From positions 2,400,001 through 2,464,000 of the forward strand of contig OY970223.1 in assembly GCA_963714015.1 (NCBI GenBank): 64,000 bases of DNA, given 5' to 3'. Both the position numbers and the translations under genes were made by a program. This DNA is from Vulcanimicrobiota bacterium. GTDB lineage: Bacteria; Vulcanimicrobiota; Vulcanimicrobiia; Vulcanimicrobiales; Vulcanimicrobiaceae. The notes under the pieces were generated by a model. The model ran no database searches, was not told the origin of the DNA, and was given only the letters and a program-made list of their open reading frames with translations. Positions 9,600-22,633 of this stretch are shown here, one piece after another; the stretch's first letter is position 1, and each line of letters begins with the position of its first letter.

Positions 9600-10112
9600 G
9601 TCAAGTATCTTAAGGTCGAGGTTGTGGACCAGATCGAATCTCAAGCAATGGGCGCGCGAACGGCCGGACGTCGACACGGAGGCTACGGCCTTGGTCGGCC
9701 GTATTCGGCGCATCGCGCAGATTCTTCGACCGCGGCTGGATGCCATTCACGAACGGTTCGTCTTTTAGGTGAATCGTTCGACGTGCGCGCCTCGCTGCGG
9801 CGTTCGGGTACGCCGGACGCATTGACGCCAACTGATCTCTATATCGTGAAATGATGCTATCGTCGGGCGCGATGACCAACCGGAATCGACCGGCTGGAAC
9901 AGCAAGAACTGGTGGAGCGCCAGCCCGAACCGGCGGACAGCCGCGGAACGCTCGTCAAGTTGACGGTGAAGGGAAAGCATGTCATCGACAAAGCGCGCCT
10001 GGAGCATCTGGCAAACGGAAGGCGCCTGCCGAAAACGCTCTCCGAAACCAGCCACGCACGCCTCTGCGCCCTGTTGCGTAAGTTGCTCCTGAGCCTCGAG
10101 ACTCCACGGTGA
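9600..10112 (+). pseudogene. MarR-family regulator (TamR/UrtR-like), several frameshifts
   Basis: Pieces across frames: QWARERPDVD, FDVRASLRRSGTPDALTPTDL, MLSSGAMTNR, DRLEQQELVERQPEPADSRGTLVKLT. Confidence 0.75.
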
Positions 10113-10810
10113 AGCGCGCTCTTCTGCTTCTCCTGCTGGCCTTGACGGCGTGCGCACCGGCCCTCCCCGATCGGGACATCCACGGATTCATGCCCTTGGG
10201 AGGAACGATCGTCGTTCGGAACCTCAAAGGCGATGTCAATGCATACGCGCCGGCCCGCAATCAGCCGTCGGACGAGTACACCGTCGACGTCTACGGCGAC
10301 GCCGCAAAGCGCGCGCTCATTCGCGTCCGCCCGTTGCTCGTAACGGCGCGGGCGAGTGCTCCCGGCGTCCGTTTTCTGATTCGCGCGCCGAAAGGCGGCT
10401 CGCTCGATCTCAGTACGGGGACCGGTTCCATCAACGTTGCGGACTTCGAAGGCGTCGTCAACGCGCATACCGATCGCGGAGACGTCAAAATGCTGATCCC
10501 GCAGTACGGCAGTGCCTCAGTCGGAACCGGGAACGTCAGCGTCATTTTCGCCTCAACCGATTGGCCGGGAACGCTGCACTTTTCGGTTCGAGACGGGAAC
10601 GTGGAGTTATACGTGAACGAACATGCAAAAGCGCACGTACGGATGCACACGGATAAGGGAACCATTTACAGTGACTTTCCATTGAAGGGTACGTCCGTAG
10701 GATGGAACGAGACGATAGACAGCACGATCAACGGAGGCGGCCCAAGATCGATCGACGTCGAGGTTCGCAGCGGTTCCATCCGCATGATGCAGCTCAAACC
10801 GCAAATCTAG
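10109..10810 (+). CDS. DUF4097-like beta-strand-repeat lipoprotein
   Basis: LTAC lipobox; repeated T-G-[SD]-[IV] strands (TGTGSIN, TDRGDVK, TDKGTIY, VRSGSIR). Confidence 0.7.
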   Translation: MKRALLLLLLALTACAPALPDRDIHGFMPLGGTIVVRNLKGDVNAYAPARNQPSDEYTVDVYGDAAKRALIRVRPLLVTARASAPGVRFLIRAPKGGSLDLSTGTGSINVADFEGVVNAHTDRGDVKMLIPQYGSASVGTGNVSVIFASTDWPGTLHFSVRDGNVELYVNEHAKAHVRMHTDKGTIYSDFPLKGTSVGWNETIDSTINGGGPRSIDVEVRSGSIRMMQLKPQI

Positions 10811-10880
10811 TCGGTGGGGGAGCACTGCCTCTTTAAGATTGCTGCGAAATCCGGTTCTGCGGTTTTCGCTGCGCCTGGGT

Positions 10881-11324
10881 CTAAGGGCCCTCACACTGCT
10901 GAGGAGATAGGGTCATATTTTCGCCGCCTCGTGAGTCGGACACCGATACCGTCGTTATGCCGGCGTTGTAGGCATGCGGATGGAGTCGCAGGAACGTTTT
11001 CGCGTAAGCGTCACGGAGTTGATCCGTCAGTTCGCCCGCACGCTCATCACCCTTTGAAAGACTGTCAGTCCGATCAACAATGGTTATTTCGTGACCGTGC
11101 ACCGCGACAATTCGGAATTCCCTTAGGTCCGGATTCGCTGAAAGTACGCGCTGAAAAGCAGCGATATCCGCTTTCCCCTCGCCCGGCTCGTCCTTAGTCG
11201 GTCCGCACCCATACGCGCATCCGGTGAGCCCGAATACGACCGCGACTGCAACTCCAAGAAGTCCAGAGCGCCTGGAACTACGTTCAGGATTGTATGAAGC
11301 ATGCTGCGATCGTGCCAATTTCAT
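10881..11324 (-). CDS. Hypothetical exported protein or lipoprotein
   Basis: Hydrophobic GVAVAVVFGLTGC; fills the intergenic gap. Confidence 0.5.
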   Translation of the reverse strand: MKLARSQHASYNPERSSRRSGLLGVAVAVVFGLTGCAYGCGPTKDEPGEGKADIAAFQRVLSANPDLREFRIVAVHGHEITIVDRTDSLSKGDERAGELTDQLRDAYAKTFLRLHPHAYNAGITTVSVSDSRGGENMTLSPQQCEGP

Positions 11325-11458
11325 CTACCGATATTCCGAGCTGCGTGAGCCGTCGGATGGCCGAGTTTTCTGCTTCGCACGATTGCGTCCAAGGTCACTG
11401 CAAATCAGGTTGGAAGGAAAGGCTCTCCCCCTTGCGGCCTACTGCGACAAGCGTACGT

Positions 11459-11464
11459 TATAAT
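11459..11464 (+). promoter_or_regulatory. -10 box, probable leaderless promoter
   Basis: TATAAT 7 nt before the ATG at 11472; no Shine-Dalgarno. Confidence 0.55.
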
Positions 11465-11471
11465 CCGTTCT

Positions 11472-12026
11472 ATGAGGCGACCCTTTACTACGATCGGACA
11501 TGGTACGGCGAGCGCCGATGAATTAGCCGCACTTCTGCGCAGCGCCGGAGTTGCTTCGCTGGTCGACGTGCGGACGGTTCCCAAGAGCCGCCGGCACCCG
11601 CACTTCTGGCGTGAAGAACTCGAAGTGTGGATACCGCAGCTCGCGGGCTGCTCGTATACGTGGGCGCCCGCACTAGGCGGATTCCGCAAAGCGCACCCCG
11701 ACAGTCGGAACTTCGCGCTGCGCCATCCGGCTTTCCGCGGTTACGCCGACTATATGGAGACTCCGCCGTTTCGTGAAGCCTTGCGTGACGTGCTCGAGCA
11801 GGCCGCCGGCGTTCAAACCGCGGTCATGTGCTCGGAGAGCCTCTGGTGGCGCTGTCACCGCCGCCTGATCGCGGACGCGGCGCAGTTGCTTCACGGTGTC
11901 GAGGTCTTGCATTTGATGCACGACGGTAAACTGCGTCCGCACGTCCCGACGCCGGGTGCACGCGTCGATGCATCCGGCGTTCTGCGGTACGACGACCTTA
12001 CTGCCGCGGATTCAGGAAAGAGTTGA
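11472..12026 (+). CDS. DUF488-family protein
   Basis: TIGHGT, LVDVRTVPKSRRHPHF, LGGFR, FRGYADYM, MCSESLWWRCHRRLIAD. Confidence 0.88.
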   Translation: MRRPFTTIGHGTASADELAALLRSAGVASLVDVRTVPKSRRHPHFWREELEVWIPQLAGCSYTWAPALGGFRKAHPDSRNFALRHPAFRGYADYMETPPFREALRDVLEQAAGVQTAVMCSESLWWRCHRRLIADAAQLLHGVEVLHLMHDGKLRPHVPTPGARVDASGVLRYDDLTAADSGKS

Positions 12027-12892
12027 CGATGTTTCCGATGTTGCTCGATCCGCCGGCCTGCTGCGCGCCTTCGGCCGCCGGCTCGTGGTACGTCATCGAC
12101 TGTATGCCGACGCGCCCGGGTCCGTAAAAGCGGTTCAGCATGAGCGCAGCGCCGCCCACGAAGGCGCCGAGCGCGCCCATCAATCCGCCGCCGCCTCCGG
12201 ACTTCAAAACCGAGACCGTGTCCATGCGCACGTTCGCGTCTTTCCAAAGCCAGCCGCCGGGTTCGACGTCGAGCATCTCACCGGGCGCGAGCGTCTTTTC
12301 GAACACGTTGCCGTAACCGTGAATCAGCACGAATCCTTCGGACGGCCCTGCCGTGAAACGATCGATGAATAATCCCGTGCGCGAGAATAGCACGTTTGCC
12401 AAGCCTTGCTGCCAATAGAAGTTGTAGTCCACGCTGCTGGTAGCGAGGAGGAACTGGTGCTCGCGCACGTCGACCGACTGTCCGGGCCCAAGCCGCAGCG
12501 CGACGATTTGTCCGGGCGCCTCACGTGAAAATGCAATGTTCCCGGGACCCTGCGCCGTTGAAATGAAGATCTGCAAGCCGGAGAAAAAACGCTTCGCGGC
12601 GTTTTGAATACTCATGAACCCAAGCGTGACGTTGGGCTGCTTCCAAAGCAAGATATGGTGTTCGAAGTACACCGTCTGCTGCCGTCCCAACTCGACGTCG
12701 ACCACCGGAACCAGCTCGCCTTCGACGCGAATGGTCATGTCGCCGAGCGAGATCGGCGTCTTCGGGTTGTCCATCTCGGGCTGCGGCTCGGAGTACGAAC
12801 CGACGGTGGTCGTCTGTGGAATGGGCGCGCCGCAATTGGGGCAGAAACTTGGAACTATCGGGAACCGCTGCTTGGCACGACGGACAATTCAT
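11998..12892 (-). CDS. AIM24-family protein with N-terminal zinc ribbon (frameshift ~12845)
   Basis: MNCPSCQ...KF(C)PNCGAP; EGELVPVVDVEL, GPGNIAFS, LIHGYGNVFEKTL, GPGRVGIQSM. Confidence 0.8.
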
Positions 12893-12959
12893 GATGCGTC
12901 CCTCTCCGCCGGCAGAACGTGCGCTCGGCCTGCGTTGCTTCTGCCCGCCGGGCGCGCGA

Positions 12960-13893
12960 TCATGCGCGCGTCCTCGCCAGCCCTTCCTTTGCCTTGATGA
13001 GCCGCAGCATTGCGTCGTTGTACGGAGTGCCCACTCCAGTGCGCCGTCCCGCCGCGCAGACGGCGCCGTTGATGTGATCGATCTCGCTCGGATGTCCCGT
13101 CTCCAGATCGAACGCCATCGAGCTCTTGCTGTCGGCGCCCACGGCGATCACTTCGGTCACGTAGGTCCATGGATTCGCAAACGGCAGATTGATCTTCAGC
13201 GCCGCTGCTACGGCCGCCGCCTCTTCGGCAAGCGCTTCGGCAAGGCGGGCGGCATTCGGCTCGCGCAAGATCTCGCCGGCGTCGCAATCGAGCAACGCGC
13301 TGAGCGCATTGATTGCCGCGTTAGCGACGAGCTTTCCCCAGAGGTGCGGACGGATGTCGTAAACTACGGACGCGCGCATTCCGCTCACTGTAAGAAGTTC
13401 GGCGACGCTCCGTGAGGTTGCAGGGGACGCGCCGCCCGATCCGACGATGGTGTTGCCTTCCTCCGAACTGCGGACGCGTCCCGGAGAGACCGTCAGCTGA
13501 GGATTCGGTCGTGATTCCGAGCACGACCGGCACCGCCCCGCCGAGCGCGGTTTTGATCGCATCTTCGTTTCCGACGCCGTTTTGCAGCGAGACGATCGGC
13601 GTCGATGGACTGAGCTCGCCCGCAAACGGACGCAACGCGCGCAGCGTGTCCACAGCCTTGACGAACAAGAACACGACGTTCGAACCGAAGAGATCGCGCC
13701 AGTGCCGGCCGATCCGCACCGGACGGACGGACTCTTCGTTGACGCTCAGACCGCCGGCTCGCTCGATCTCGCCGAGTACGGCCGGATTGCTGTCGAGCAT
13801 CGTCACTTCGCAGCGCGAGGCCAAGTGGAATCCGAAAAGCGTTCCCATCGCTCCCGATCCGATGATGCCGACGCGCTGGCGGTTCTGCTCCAT
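12960..13893 (-). CDS. panE: 2-dehydropantoate 2-reductase (frameshift ~13500)
   Basis: GIIGSGAMG, LFVKA, SLQNGVG, WGKLVANAAINAL, KSSMAFD, EIDHINGAV. Confidence 0.88.
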
Positions 13894-14602
13894 CAGCGGC
13901 GACTTCGCGGCCGCGAATCGCGGCTCCCGTTTTCCGAAGAGATTGCGCAAAGCCCTGAACGATTGCGCCGCACGTGAAACCGCCGATGTGCGCGAAGTAC
14001 GCAACGCCGCCTTGGTTGGCACTCGGGTCGAACGTGTCGAAGCCTAAAAAGAATTGCAACGCCGCCCAAATTCCGATTACCGCGACGGCGGGCAAGCGCA
14101 GGAATAGCGGAAAGCAGCCGATCGGGGTAACGGTGTCGATCGTCGAGCGCGGAAAGGTCACGATGTACGCGCCCATGACTCCGGCGATCGCACCCGACGC
14201 ACCAATCTCCGGAACGTGGCTGTCCAGGCGCCACCAGCGTCTGGGCTACTCCTCCGGCGATGCCGCACAGCAGATAGAATCCCACAAACGCCAAGTGGCC
14301 TTGAAAGCGCTCGATTCGGGGGCCGAAGACCACGAGAAAGAGCATGTTGAAGAAAATGTGCGGATATACCGCCGTGCAGGAACATTGAGGTGACGATCGT
14401 CAGCACATAGGGATGCGGCGAGGGCGGCGGGCAGCTGGATATGATGCGTGACGTCGTACGGAACGAGCGCGAACTCGTTGATGACGCGCGGCGGGTACGC
14501 GGCCGTAAGTTCGCGATAGAAAAAGTACACGTTCGCCGCGACGACGGCCCACACGGCGATCGCGAAGATCTGCGGACTCCGCTCGTCGCGGTACGGAATC
14601 AC
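13893..14602 (-). CDS. Rhomboid intramembrane serine protease (frameshifted)
   Basis: MIPYRDE, TSMFLHGG, FYLLCGIAGG, IGASGAIAGVMGAY, GVAYFAHIGGF. Confidence 0.85.
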
Positions 14603-14615
14603 GGTAGCGACGCTT

Positions 14616-16170
14616 TTAGAAGTTCAACTGCAAGCCGTAGACCGTGCGGCGATCCGATCGGGTCGTGTCTCGTTCGCCGAAGAACACCTGCGCCCACTGC
14701 GCCAGATTCAAATTACCGTATATGTCGAACGTGGGATGGCGCAGATCGTAGATCCGGGTTTCCGCGCCGAGGCGCGTGCCGTTGCAGGATGCCAGCACGC
14801 CGATTTGCGAGTACAGGACGCCGCCGCCCGCGCGCAGGCAGCCCATGTTCTTCAACCCGGCGAGGTTCCAAGTCGTCTTGCCGCCGACATCATTGGCGCC
14901 GATCATCCGCTCGTGCTGTCCGTGCGGCAAGACGATCGCGTTGACGTCGGCTTGCGGTCCGCGATCGGAGGTAAGCAGCGGACTGGGACCGTTCACCGAC
15001 TGCGCGCTCAAGTAGCCGAACCGCGCCTGAACTTCAAAGAGATTGCTCGCGATGTGCGAGAGCGCGGTTTTGCAGATTCGCGGCGCCGGCGCCATTGGGC
15101 GGCGGCGTCTCGGTGCCCGGCGGCGGCAAGCTGTTCGGGCCGTGCGGGATAGGATACGGCGTGGCGCCCGCATCGATGCCGTAGACGCGGCTTCGGCCGC
15201 CGAGCGATCCCAAGAAGTGAGTCCGCCTTCTGCATCGTGGCATCCAGATTCGCGACGGTGTCGCGCAGCTGCGCCTGCGTCTGCGGATTACCGGAGATCG
15301 TCCGCAGATCGTTCGTCATGCCGGCGATGTTCGCGGTCAAATCGCGGATATTGGCGGTCGTGTCGATAAGGTTGCCTTTGAGCCGCGGATCCTGCGCAAG
15401 TGACTGCAGCTGATCCATCGATTTATTCAAAGCCACCGCCGTAGCGTCCAGCGACGTGAGGAGAGAGTCGACATGGTACTGGTTGCGCGACAACGTCGAG
15501 TTCATCGTCGAAGTCATGCCGACGATGTTGCCTCCGGCCGTACGCATCGTCGTTTCCATCGTGCCCGACAGGTCGGCGACGGTGCCTTTGAACTCCGTCG
15601 TTATCGCATCCATGTTCGTAAGGGCGGTATCGAGCGTGCCGAGCAGTTTGGGCTCTCGCTCCTCAGCAGCGAGAGCATCTCGTCGAGCCGCCGCACTTCA
15701 CCCTGACCCTGCTGCATCAGATCGGCGATGGACGCAACCGGCGTTCCGACCGGTTGTTGATCGACGGGCAGAATCTCCTTCGGCAGCGTTTGCACTTCGG
15801 GCGGCGGCGTCGACGGATATCCCGGCGGCGCTTTGTGGGGGACAGGGGGCAGAATGACCATGTTCGGCGTGCCCGTCAACGGCGCTTGAATCATGAAACG
15901 CGAGTCTCGCGGAATGTTTATTCCGTTCTGAATCGCCAGGATGACGTCGACCGTATTGTCTGCCAGCAGTTCCACTTGGTCGACGGTGCCGACCGTGACG
16001 CCGCTGAAGAAAACCTGCGCTCCCGTCGGCAAGCCGGCGGCATTAGCGAAGTGCACGCCGATGCGGTATCCGCTGTGGCGGGTTCCGAAATCGGTGATCA
16101 CGTAAAAGATCCCGAACAGCAGGGCCAGTGCGATCACCGCGAAGAGTCCCAGTTGCGCTTGTCTGGACAT
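14616..16170 (-). CDS. mlaD: Long MlaD/MCE protein (frameshifts ~15650 and ~15210)
   Basis: N-terminal TM, FANAAGLPTGAQVFFSGVTVGTV MCE motif, helical region, beta-rich C-terminus ending YGLQLNF. Confidence 0.85.
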
Positions 16171-16239
16171 CAGCTTGCCATATTTCCTGAGTGCATCCCT
16201 TTGGTTTTCCTGCCGCGCCGGCAGAACTCGTGAACGCGG

Positions 16240-16998
16240 TCATAGCGGTATCGGCCCCACTTCGGACCCCTGAAGGAACTGCTGGACGATGGGGTTCATC
16301 GAGTTGCGCACGTCCTCGACCGTTCCGTATTCAATGATCGCGCCTTCGAAGAGCATCGCCACGTAGTCGGCCATCATGTAGATCGATTCCAAGTCGTGAG
16401 AGATCACCACGGCCGTCGCGGAGAGCTGCTGCCGAAGCCGTTTGATGGTGTCCGTAAGCAGATGGGTCACGATGGGATCTAAACCCGTAGTGGGCTCGTC
16501 GTACAACACCAAGTCGGGATTCGTTACGACCGCGCGCGCAAAACCGGCGCGTTTGAGCATCCCGCCGGAAAGTTCGCTCGGCATATTATCCATGGTATGC
16601 GCCAGTCCCACACTATCGAGCGTGTGGACGACGATGTCCTGAATCTCCTTCTCGCTGAGCGCCGTGTGCTCGCGCAGCGGCAATGCGATGTTGTCGCCCA
16701 CCGTCATACTGTCGAAGAGTGCGGCGAATTGAAACGAGAAGCCGATCTTCGTCCGCATCTCGATCAGTTCGCTCTCGCGCATGTGGCAGATGTCGTGGCC
16801 GCGGACGTAGACGTGCCCGTCATCGGGCTTGCGCAGTCCGTCGAGCAGCCGCAGGATCGTCGACTTGCCTGCGCCCGACATGCCGATGATGCACGTAATT
16901 GCCCCTTCCGCAATATCCAGGCTGCAGTTCTGGAGCACGACGCGTTCGCCGTATCGCAGGGTCACGTCATCCAGCCTCGCGATGACCCTCGAGCTCAC
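16240..16998 (-). CDS. mlaF: MlaF-type ABC ATPase
   Basis: GMSGAGKS, FQFAALFDSMTV, LSGGMLKR, LYDEPTTGLDP. Confidence 0.92.
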   Translation of the reverse strand: MSSRVIARLDDVTLRYGERVVLQNCSLDIAEGAITCIIGMSGAGKSTILRLLDGLRKPDDGHVYVRGHDICHMRESELIEMRTKIGFSFQFAALFDSMTVGDNIALPLREHTALSEKEIQDIVVHTLDSVGLAHTMDNMPSELSGGMLKRAGFARAVVTNPDLVLYDEPTTGLDPIVTHLLTDTIKRLRQQLSATAVVISHDLESIYMMADYVAMLFEGAIIEYGTVEDVRNSMNPIVQQFLQGSEVGPIPL

Positions 16999-17007
16999 GT
17001 CTGACCA

Positions 17008-17845
17008 TCAGCCTCCACCGTAGAGGAAATACGACATGCCGAAGTTCATGATGAAGATCAAAATGATGCAGATGACGACCGCGCTGGTCGTCGATTTGCC
17101 GACGCCTGCGGCGCCGCCCGTTGTCGTCAAGCCCTGATACGAGCCGACCAGCGCGATGATGATGCCGAAGATCACCGATTTGAAAAGGCCTTTAACGACG
17201 TCTTCGAAGCCTATCGTTTGGCGGGCCGACGACATGAAATCGTTGTACGCGATGTGCGCCTGAGCGTTGGCGATCCACTCTCCGCCCAGCACGCCGATGA
17301 CGTCCGCGAAGACGGTGAGCAAGCGGCAGCATGATCATCAGCGCTATCACGCGCGGCACGACTAAAAAACGCACCGGCGCCAGCCCCAGGGACTGCAGCG
17401 CCTCGATTTGCTCGGTAACGACCATCGAGCCCAGTTCGGCGGCAATCGCGGCGCAGACGCGGCCCGCGACGACGACGGCCGTGAGCATCGGCCCGAGTTC
17501 GCGCACGTTCGTGTACGAAACGATGCCGCCGACGAAGCTGCCGAATCCGTACTGTACCGCTTGAACCGCGGATTCCAGCGAGAACACCATACCGGTGAAC
17601 AGCGAGGTCAGCAGCACGATGATCAGCGACTGATAGCCCAGCAAAAAGCACTGGTTCACCGTTTCGGAGAAACGAATACGCAGCCGGAATATCGTGACGG
17701 CCGCCTCGGTGCCGAGCGCCGTAACGCCGCCGATATACTCGAAAAACGAATTGATCTGCCCGCCGACACCCTCCAGAGCGCCGACGCCGGCTCGCTCGAC
17801 CAACTCGGCGGTCGACTCGGAATCATCGAGCGTCTGCGACACCAT
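17008..17845 (-). CDS. mlaE: MlaE permease (frameshift ~17320)
   Basis: RELGPMLTAVVVAGR, AAELGSMVVTEQIEAL, GGAAGVGKSTT. Confidence 0.92.
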
Positions 17846-18161
17846 CCAACTCCTGCAGCACCGCTTGCGTCGCCTCTATCCGCCGGACGGCGACGCCGCG
17901 CTCGGCCGTCAAATTGAAGTGCACTTGGTTCACGTGCTCCAACCGCTTGTCCACGTCGCGCAGATGCGAGCGCGCTTCGCGCTCGAATCCGGTGAAATAC
18001 CGGCGCACCGCTGCAAGGTACTCATCGCGTTCCCTCGTGGTCGCTTCTCCCGCCGCAAGCGCGGCTTCCATCTTCCGTTGGGCCTGCTTCATCGCTTTGT
18101 CCGTGAGGTAGAACTCCCCCACGCGCGCGACCAGCGAAGGAAGGTCGAAGGTTTCAGGCAT
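17823..18161 (-). CDS. Hypothetical helical protein
   Basis: 112-aa ORF overlapping rph and mlaE in the operon. Confidence 0.65.
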   Translation of the reverse strand: MPETFDLPSLVARVGEFYLTDKAMKQAQRKMEAALAAGEATTRERDEYLAAVRRYFTGFEREARSHLRDVDKRLEHVNQVHFNLTAERGVAVRRIEATQAVLQELDGVADAR

Positions 18162-18879
18162 AGACCTCGAGCGCCGAATGCTGCGCCGTCAGCAATTGAC
18201 GGATGCCGCTCTCCGCCAGCTCCAGGAGCGTTCCCAGCTCCTCGCGGCTGAAAGGCGTCGCTTCGGCAGTTCCCTGGAGTTCGGTAAAGCGGCCGTTACC
18301 CGTCATGAACACGTTCATATCTACCTCTGCGCGGCTATCCTCATCGTAAGCAAGGTCCAGGAGCGGCGAGCCCGCGACTATGCCGACGCTGGTGGCCGCA
18401 ATCTGCTGTTCCAAAGGCCATTTCGTTTTGTTCTTGGCGTCGAACGCCGTCGAAAGCGCCAGTGCCAAGGCGACCCACGCACCCGTCACGGCCGCAGTGC
18501 GCGTACCGCCGTCGGCCTGGAGCACGTCGCAATCGAGCCAGACCGTTCGTTCGCCGAGCTTCGCAAGGTCGGTGACGGCGCGCAGCGCTCGTCCGATGAT
18601 GCGCTGAATCTCGTGCGTGCGGCCGCCGAGTCTGCCCTTGGCCGCTTCGCGCTGCGTGCGCTCTTGCGTTGCGCGCGGCAGCATCGAATACTCGGCAGTG
18701 ACCCACCCCGTGCCCCGCCCTTTCATCCAGTGCGGGACGCGATCTTCCAGCGTGGCGGCGCAGACCACGCGCGTGTGCCCAACCGAGATCAGCACGCTGC
18801 CCTCGGCGAATTTCAGGTAGTTCGGCTCGATCTTTACCGGCCGCAGCTCGTTGGCTTTGCGACCGTCGCTTCTGGTCAT
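18154..18879 (-). CDS. rph: Ribonuclease PH
   Basis: [42 protein letters not shown]. Confidence 0.97.
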   Translation of the reverse strand: MTRSDGRKANELRPVKIEPNYLKFAEGSVLISVGHTRVVCAATLEDRVPHWMKGRGTGWVTAEYSMLPRATQERTQREAAKGRLGGRTHEIQRIIGRALRAVTDLAKLGERTVWLDCDVLQADGGTRTAAVTGAWVALALALSTAFDAKNKTKWPLEQQIAATSVGIVAGSPLLDLAYDEDSRAEVDMNVFMTGNGRFTELQGTAEATPFSREELGTLLELAESGIRQLLTAQHSALEVYA

Positions 18880-18940
18880 CGTTGGGCGAGTTAGCCAGGT
18901 GCGTTACACCGCCCTGTGGTAGCCCACGGCAATCGCGTCT

Positions 18941-19517
18941 TTGGAGGTTGTACGAACGCGCGTTTTCGTTGTTTCGCTTCTGGCCTCGTTTTTCGTCCTA
19001 TCCGCGGCGGCTCTGGCCGATCCCACAAGCGATTTGGTCGCCATGCAGCAGTCCTTTTAATGCAGTCAAATCAGTGCACGCCGATATGACGACCGCCAAA
19101 GGCCAGCACGTCGGCTTAGACATGGTGCCGCCCGACAAATTCCGGGAGACCCTGCCCGGAGGGATGCAGGCAGTGATCATCGGCCCGGACGCTTGGATGT
19201 ACTTGAATGGAGGTTGGATGAAAATGCCGGGCGCGATGCCGGCGAACCGCATGGCGGCGATGAACAGCGTCCGTACCGCCGGCTTCGGCGCAACCCAGCC
19301 GAAGGATTACACGATCACCGACGCCGGAGCCGCTGTCCTCGGCTCGACGCCCGCCGAAAAATATCACCTCGTCAACACGAAGACCAACGACACCATCGAT
19401 CTTTGGGTCGGTAAGGATTACCTTCCGCTGCAGGCGTCTGTCCCAACAAAAGACGGAACGACGACGATCGTCTATTCGCAGTACAACAGTGTTCCGGACA
19501 TAACGCCGCCGCAATAA
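18941..19517 (+). CDS. Exported protein, possibly LolA-like fold (frameshift ~19055)
   Basis: Signal VFVVSLLASFFVLSAAALA joins the frame NAVKSVHADM...DLWVGKDYLP...YSQYNSVPDITPP. Confidence 0.6.
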
Positions 19518-19526
19518 GAAAGATCC

Positions 19527-19829
19527 TTAGTCCTCCGCTTTGCGGATCGGACCGTACTCCGCTTCGTAGTACGTATCGCGCAGATTGCCGAGCTGCATGT
19601 CGCGCGCGACCGGCGAACCGTCGCCGCGCAGCACGGTGACGCCTTTGAGCAGCAGGCGATAGGGCTCCAAGCGCGCGTTTTTCCATTCCGAGATATGCCA
19701 GCGCTGCGGCGCCATCACTTTCCAGTCGTATGCCGGAAGCGCCGGCCGTTTGCCTTCGAACGGTTCCAGCGCGACCCGGAACCCTTCGCGTTCGAAAATG
19801 CGCTCTTCGATCTGCTTTAGACTTGCCAC
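19527..19829 (-). CDS. Hypothetical protein
   Basis: 100-aa ORF directly after glmS on the same strand. Confidence 0.65.
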   Translation of the reverse strand: MASLKQIEERIFEREGFRVALEPFEGKRPALPAYDWKVMAPQRWHISEWKNARLEPYRLLLKGVTVLRGDGSPVARDMQLGNLRDTYYEAEYGPIRKAED

Positions 19830-19841
19830 GGCAACGGCGAA

Positions 19842-21680
<1,839 letters not shown>

Positions 21681-21713
21681 GGTTGAGACTCCCCTACAGA
21701 AACGACTGCCCGG

Positions 21714-21932
21714 TTACTTTATTCCTTCCCGCGTCCGGTGATATTGAATCTTGCCACCGGCGACCTCGTTGAACGCGGTCGAGACGGGCTTGTTTGGGTT
21801 GACCCGTTCGGTAAGCGGGGGGGCGCCGTTGTTGAGTTGCTTGGCTCGTTTCGTAACGACGTTTACCAAGCTGAATTTCGAATCCACGTGGTCGAGCAAT
21901 CTGTCCAGATCGCCGAAAACCGAGTCGCTCAT
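21714..21932 (-). CDS. rpoZ: RNA polymerase omega subunit
   Basis: SKFSLVNVVTKRAKQL, KPVSTAFNE; follows gmk. Confidence 0.92.
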   Translation of the reverse strand: MSDSVFGDLDRLLDHVDSKFSLVNVVTKRAKQLNNGAPPLTERVNPNKPVSTAFNEVAGGKIQYHRTREGIK

Positions 21933-22549
21933 TATGAATGTTCCAGTTCCTTTATCGAATCGTCGCCATATCTATGGATCCGGAAGTGTTCGGCCTGCAC
22001 GATGGCCTGCAAATCCAGAACCGCTTCGTCCGAGCGCGACTCCTCGTTGATGACGATGTAATCGAAGTCGCGAACGAATTTGAATTCCTGATGCGCGATC
22101 TCCAAGCGGCGCGCGATCTCTTCGTTCGTCTCGGTGCGCCTGGCCAAGAGCCGGGCGCGCAGATGCGAGAATTTATCGGGCGCCAAGAAGATCAGAACCG
22201 CATCCGGAAAGGCCTTCTTGATTGCCAGCGCCCCGTTGACCTCGGGCTTCATTACCAAGTCGTAGCCCTGCAGCAGCGTACGCTCCACGAAATCCCTCGG
22301 CGTTCCGTAGAGATTGTCGTTGTACTCGTAGCACTCCAAGAATCCGCCGGCTTCGCGCCGCCGTTCGAATTCTTCCCGCGTCAGGAAAAAATAATGTTCG
22401 CCCTCGATTTCACCCGGCCGCGGCGCGCGAGTCGTCGCGGAAACCGAGTAGCGTAGACGCTGCAAACGCGCCCGAAGCGCGTCCACCAAGGTATCTTTTC
22501 CGGCTCCGGAAGGCCCGGATACGACAAAAAGCAGGCCCGGTCCGAACAT
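21932..22549 (-). CDS. gmk: Guanylate kinase
   Basis: SGPSGAGKDT, SATTRAPRPGE, YGTP. Confidence 0.96.
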   Translation of the reverse strand: MFGPGLLFVVSGPSGAGKDTLVDALRARLQRLRYSVSATTRAPRPGEIEGEHYFFLTREEFERRREAGGFLECYEYNDNLYGTPRDFVERTLLQGYDLVMKPEVNGALAIKKAFPDAVLIFLAPDKFSHLRARLLARRTETNEEIARRLEIAHQEFKFVRDFDYIVINEESRSDEAVLDLQAIVQAEHFRIHRYGDDSIKELEHS

Positions 22550-22633
22550 CTTCCCCTATTTAGGCAAAGCCCGATATGTTCACACCCGGCGGCTTGCAGC
22601 CCTTTGTTTCGCCCGGAGCGAAATCGAGGCGCG

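Noticed and set aside
21681..21713. glmS ribozyme
   Set aside because: Only ~33 bp separate rpoZ and glmS
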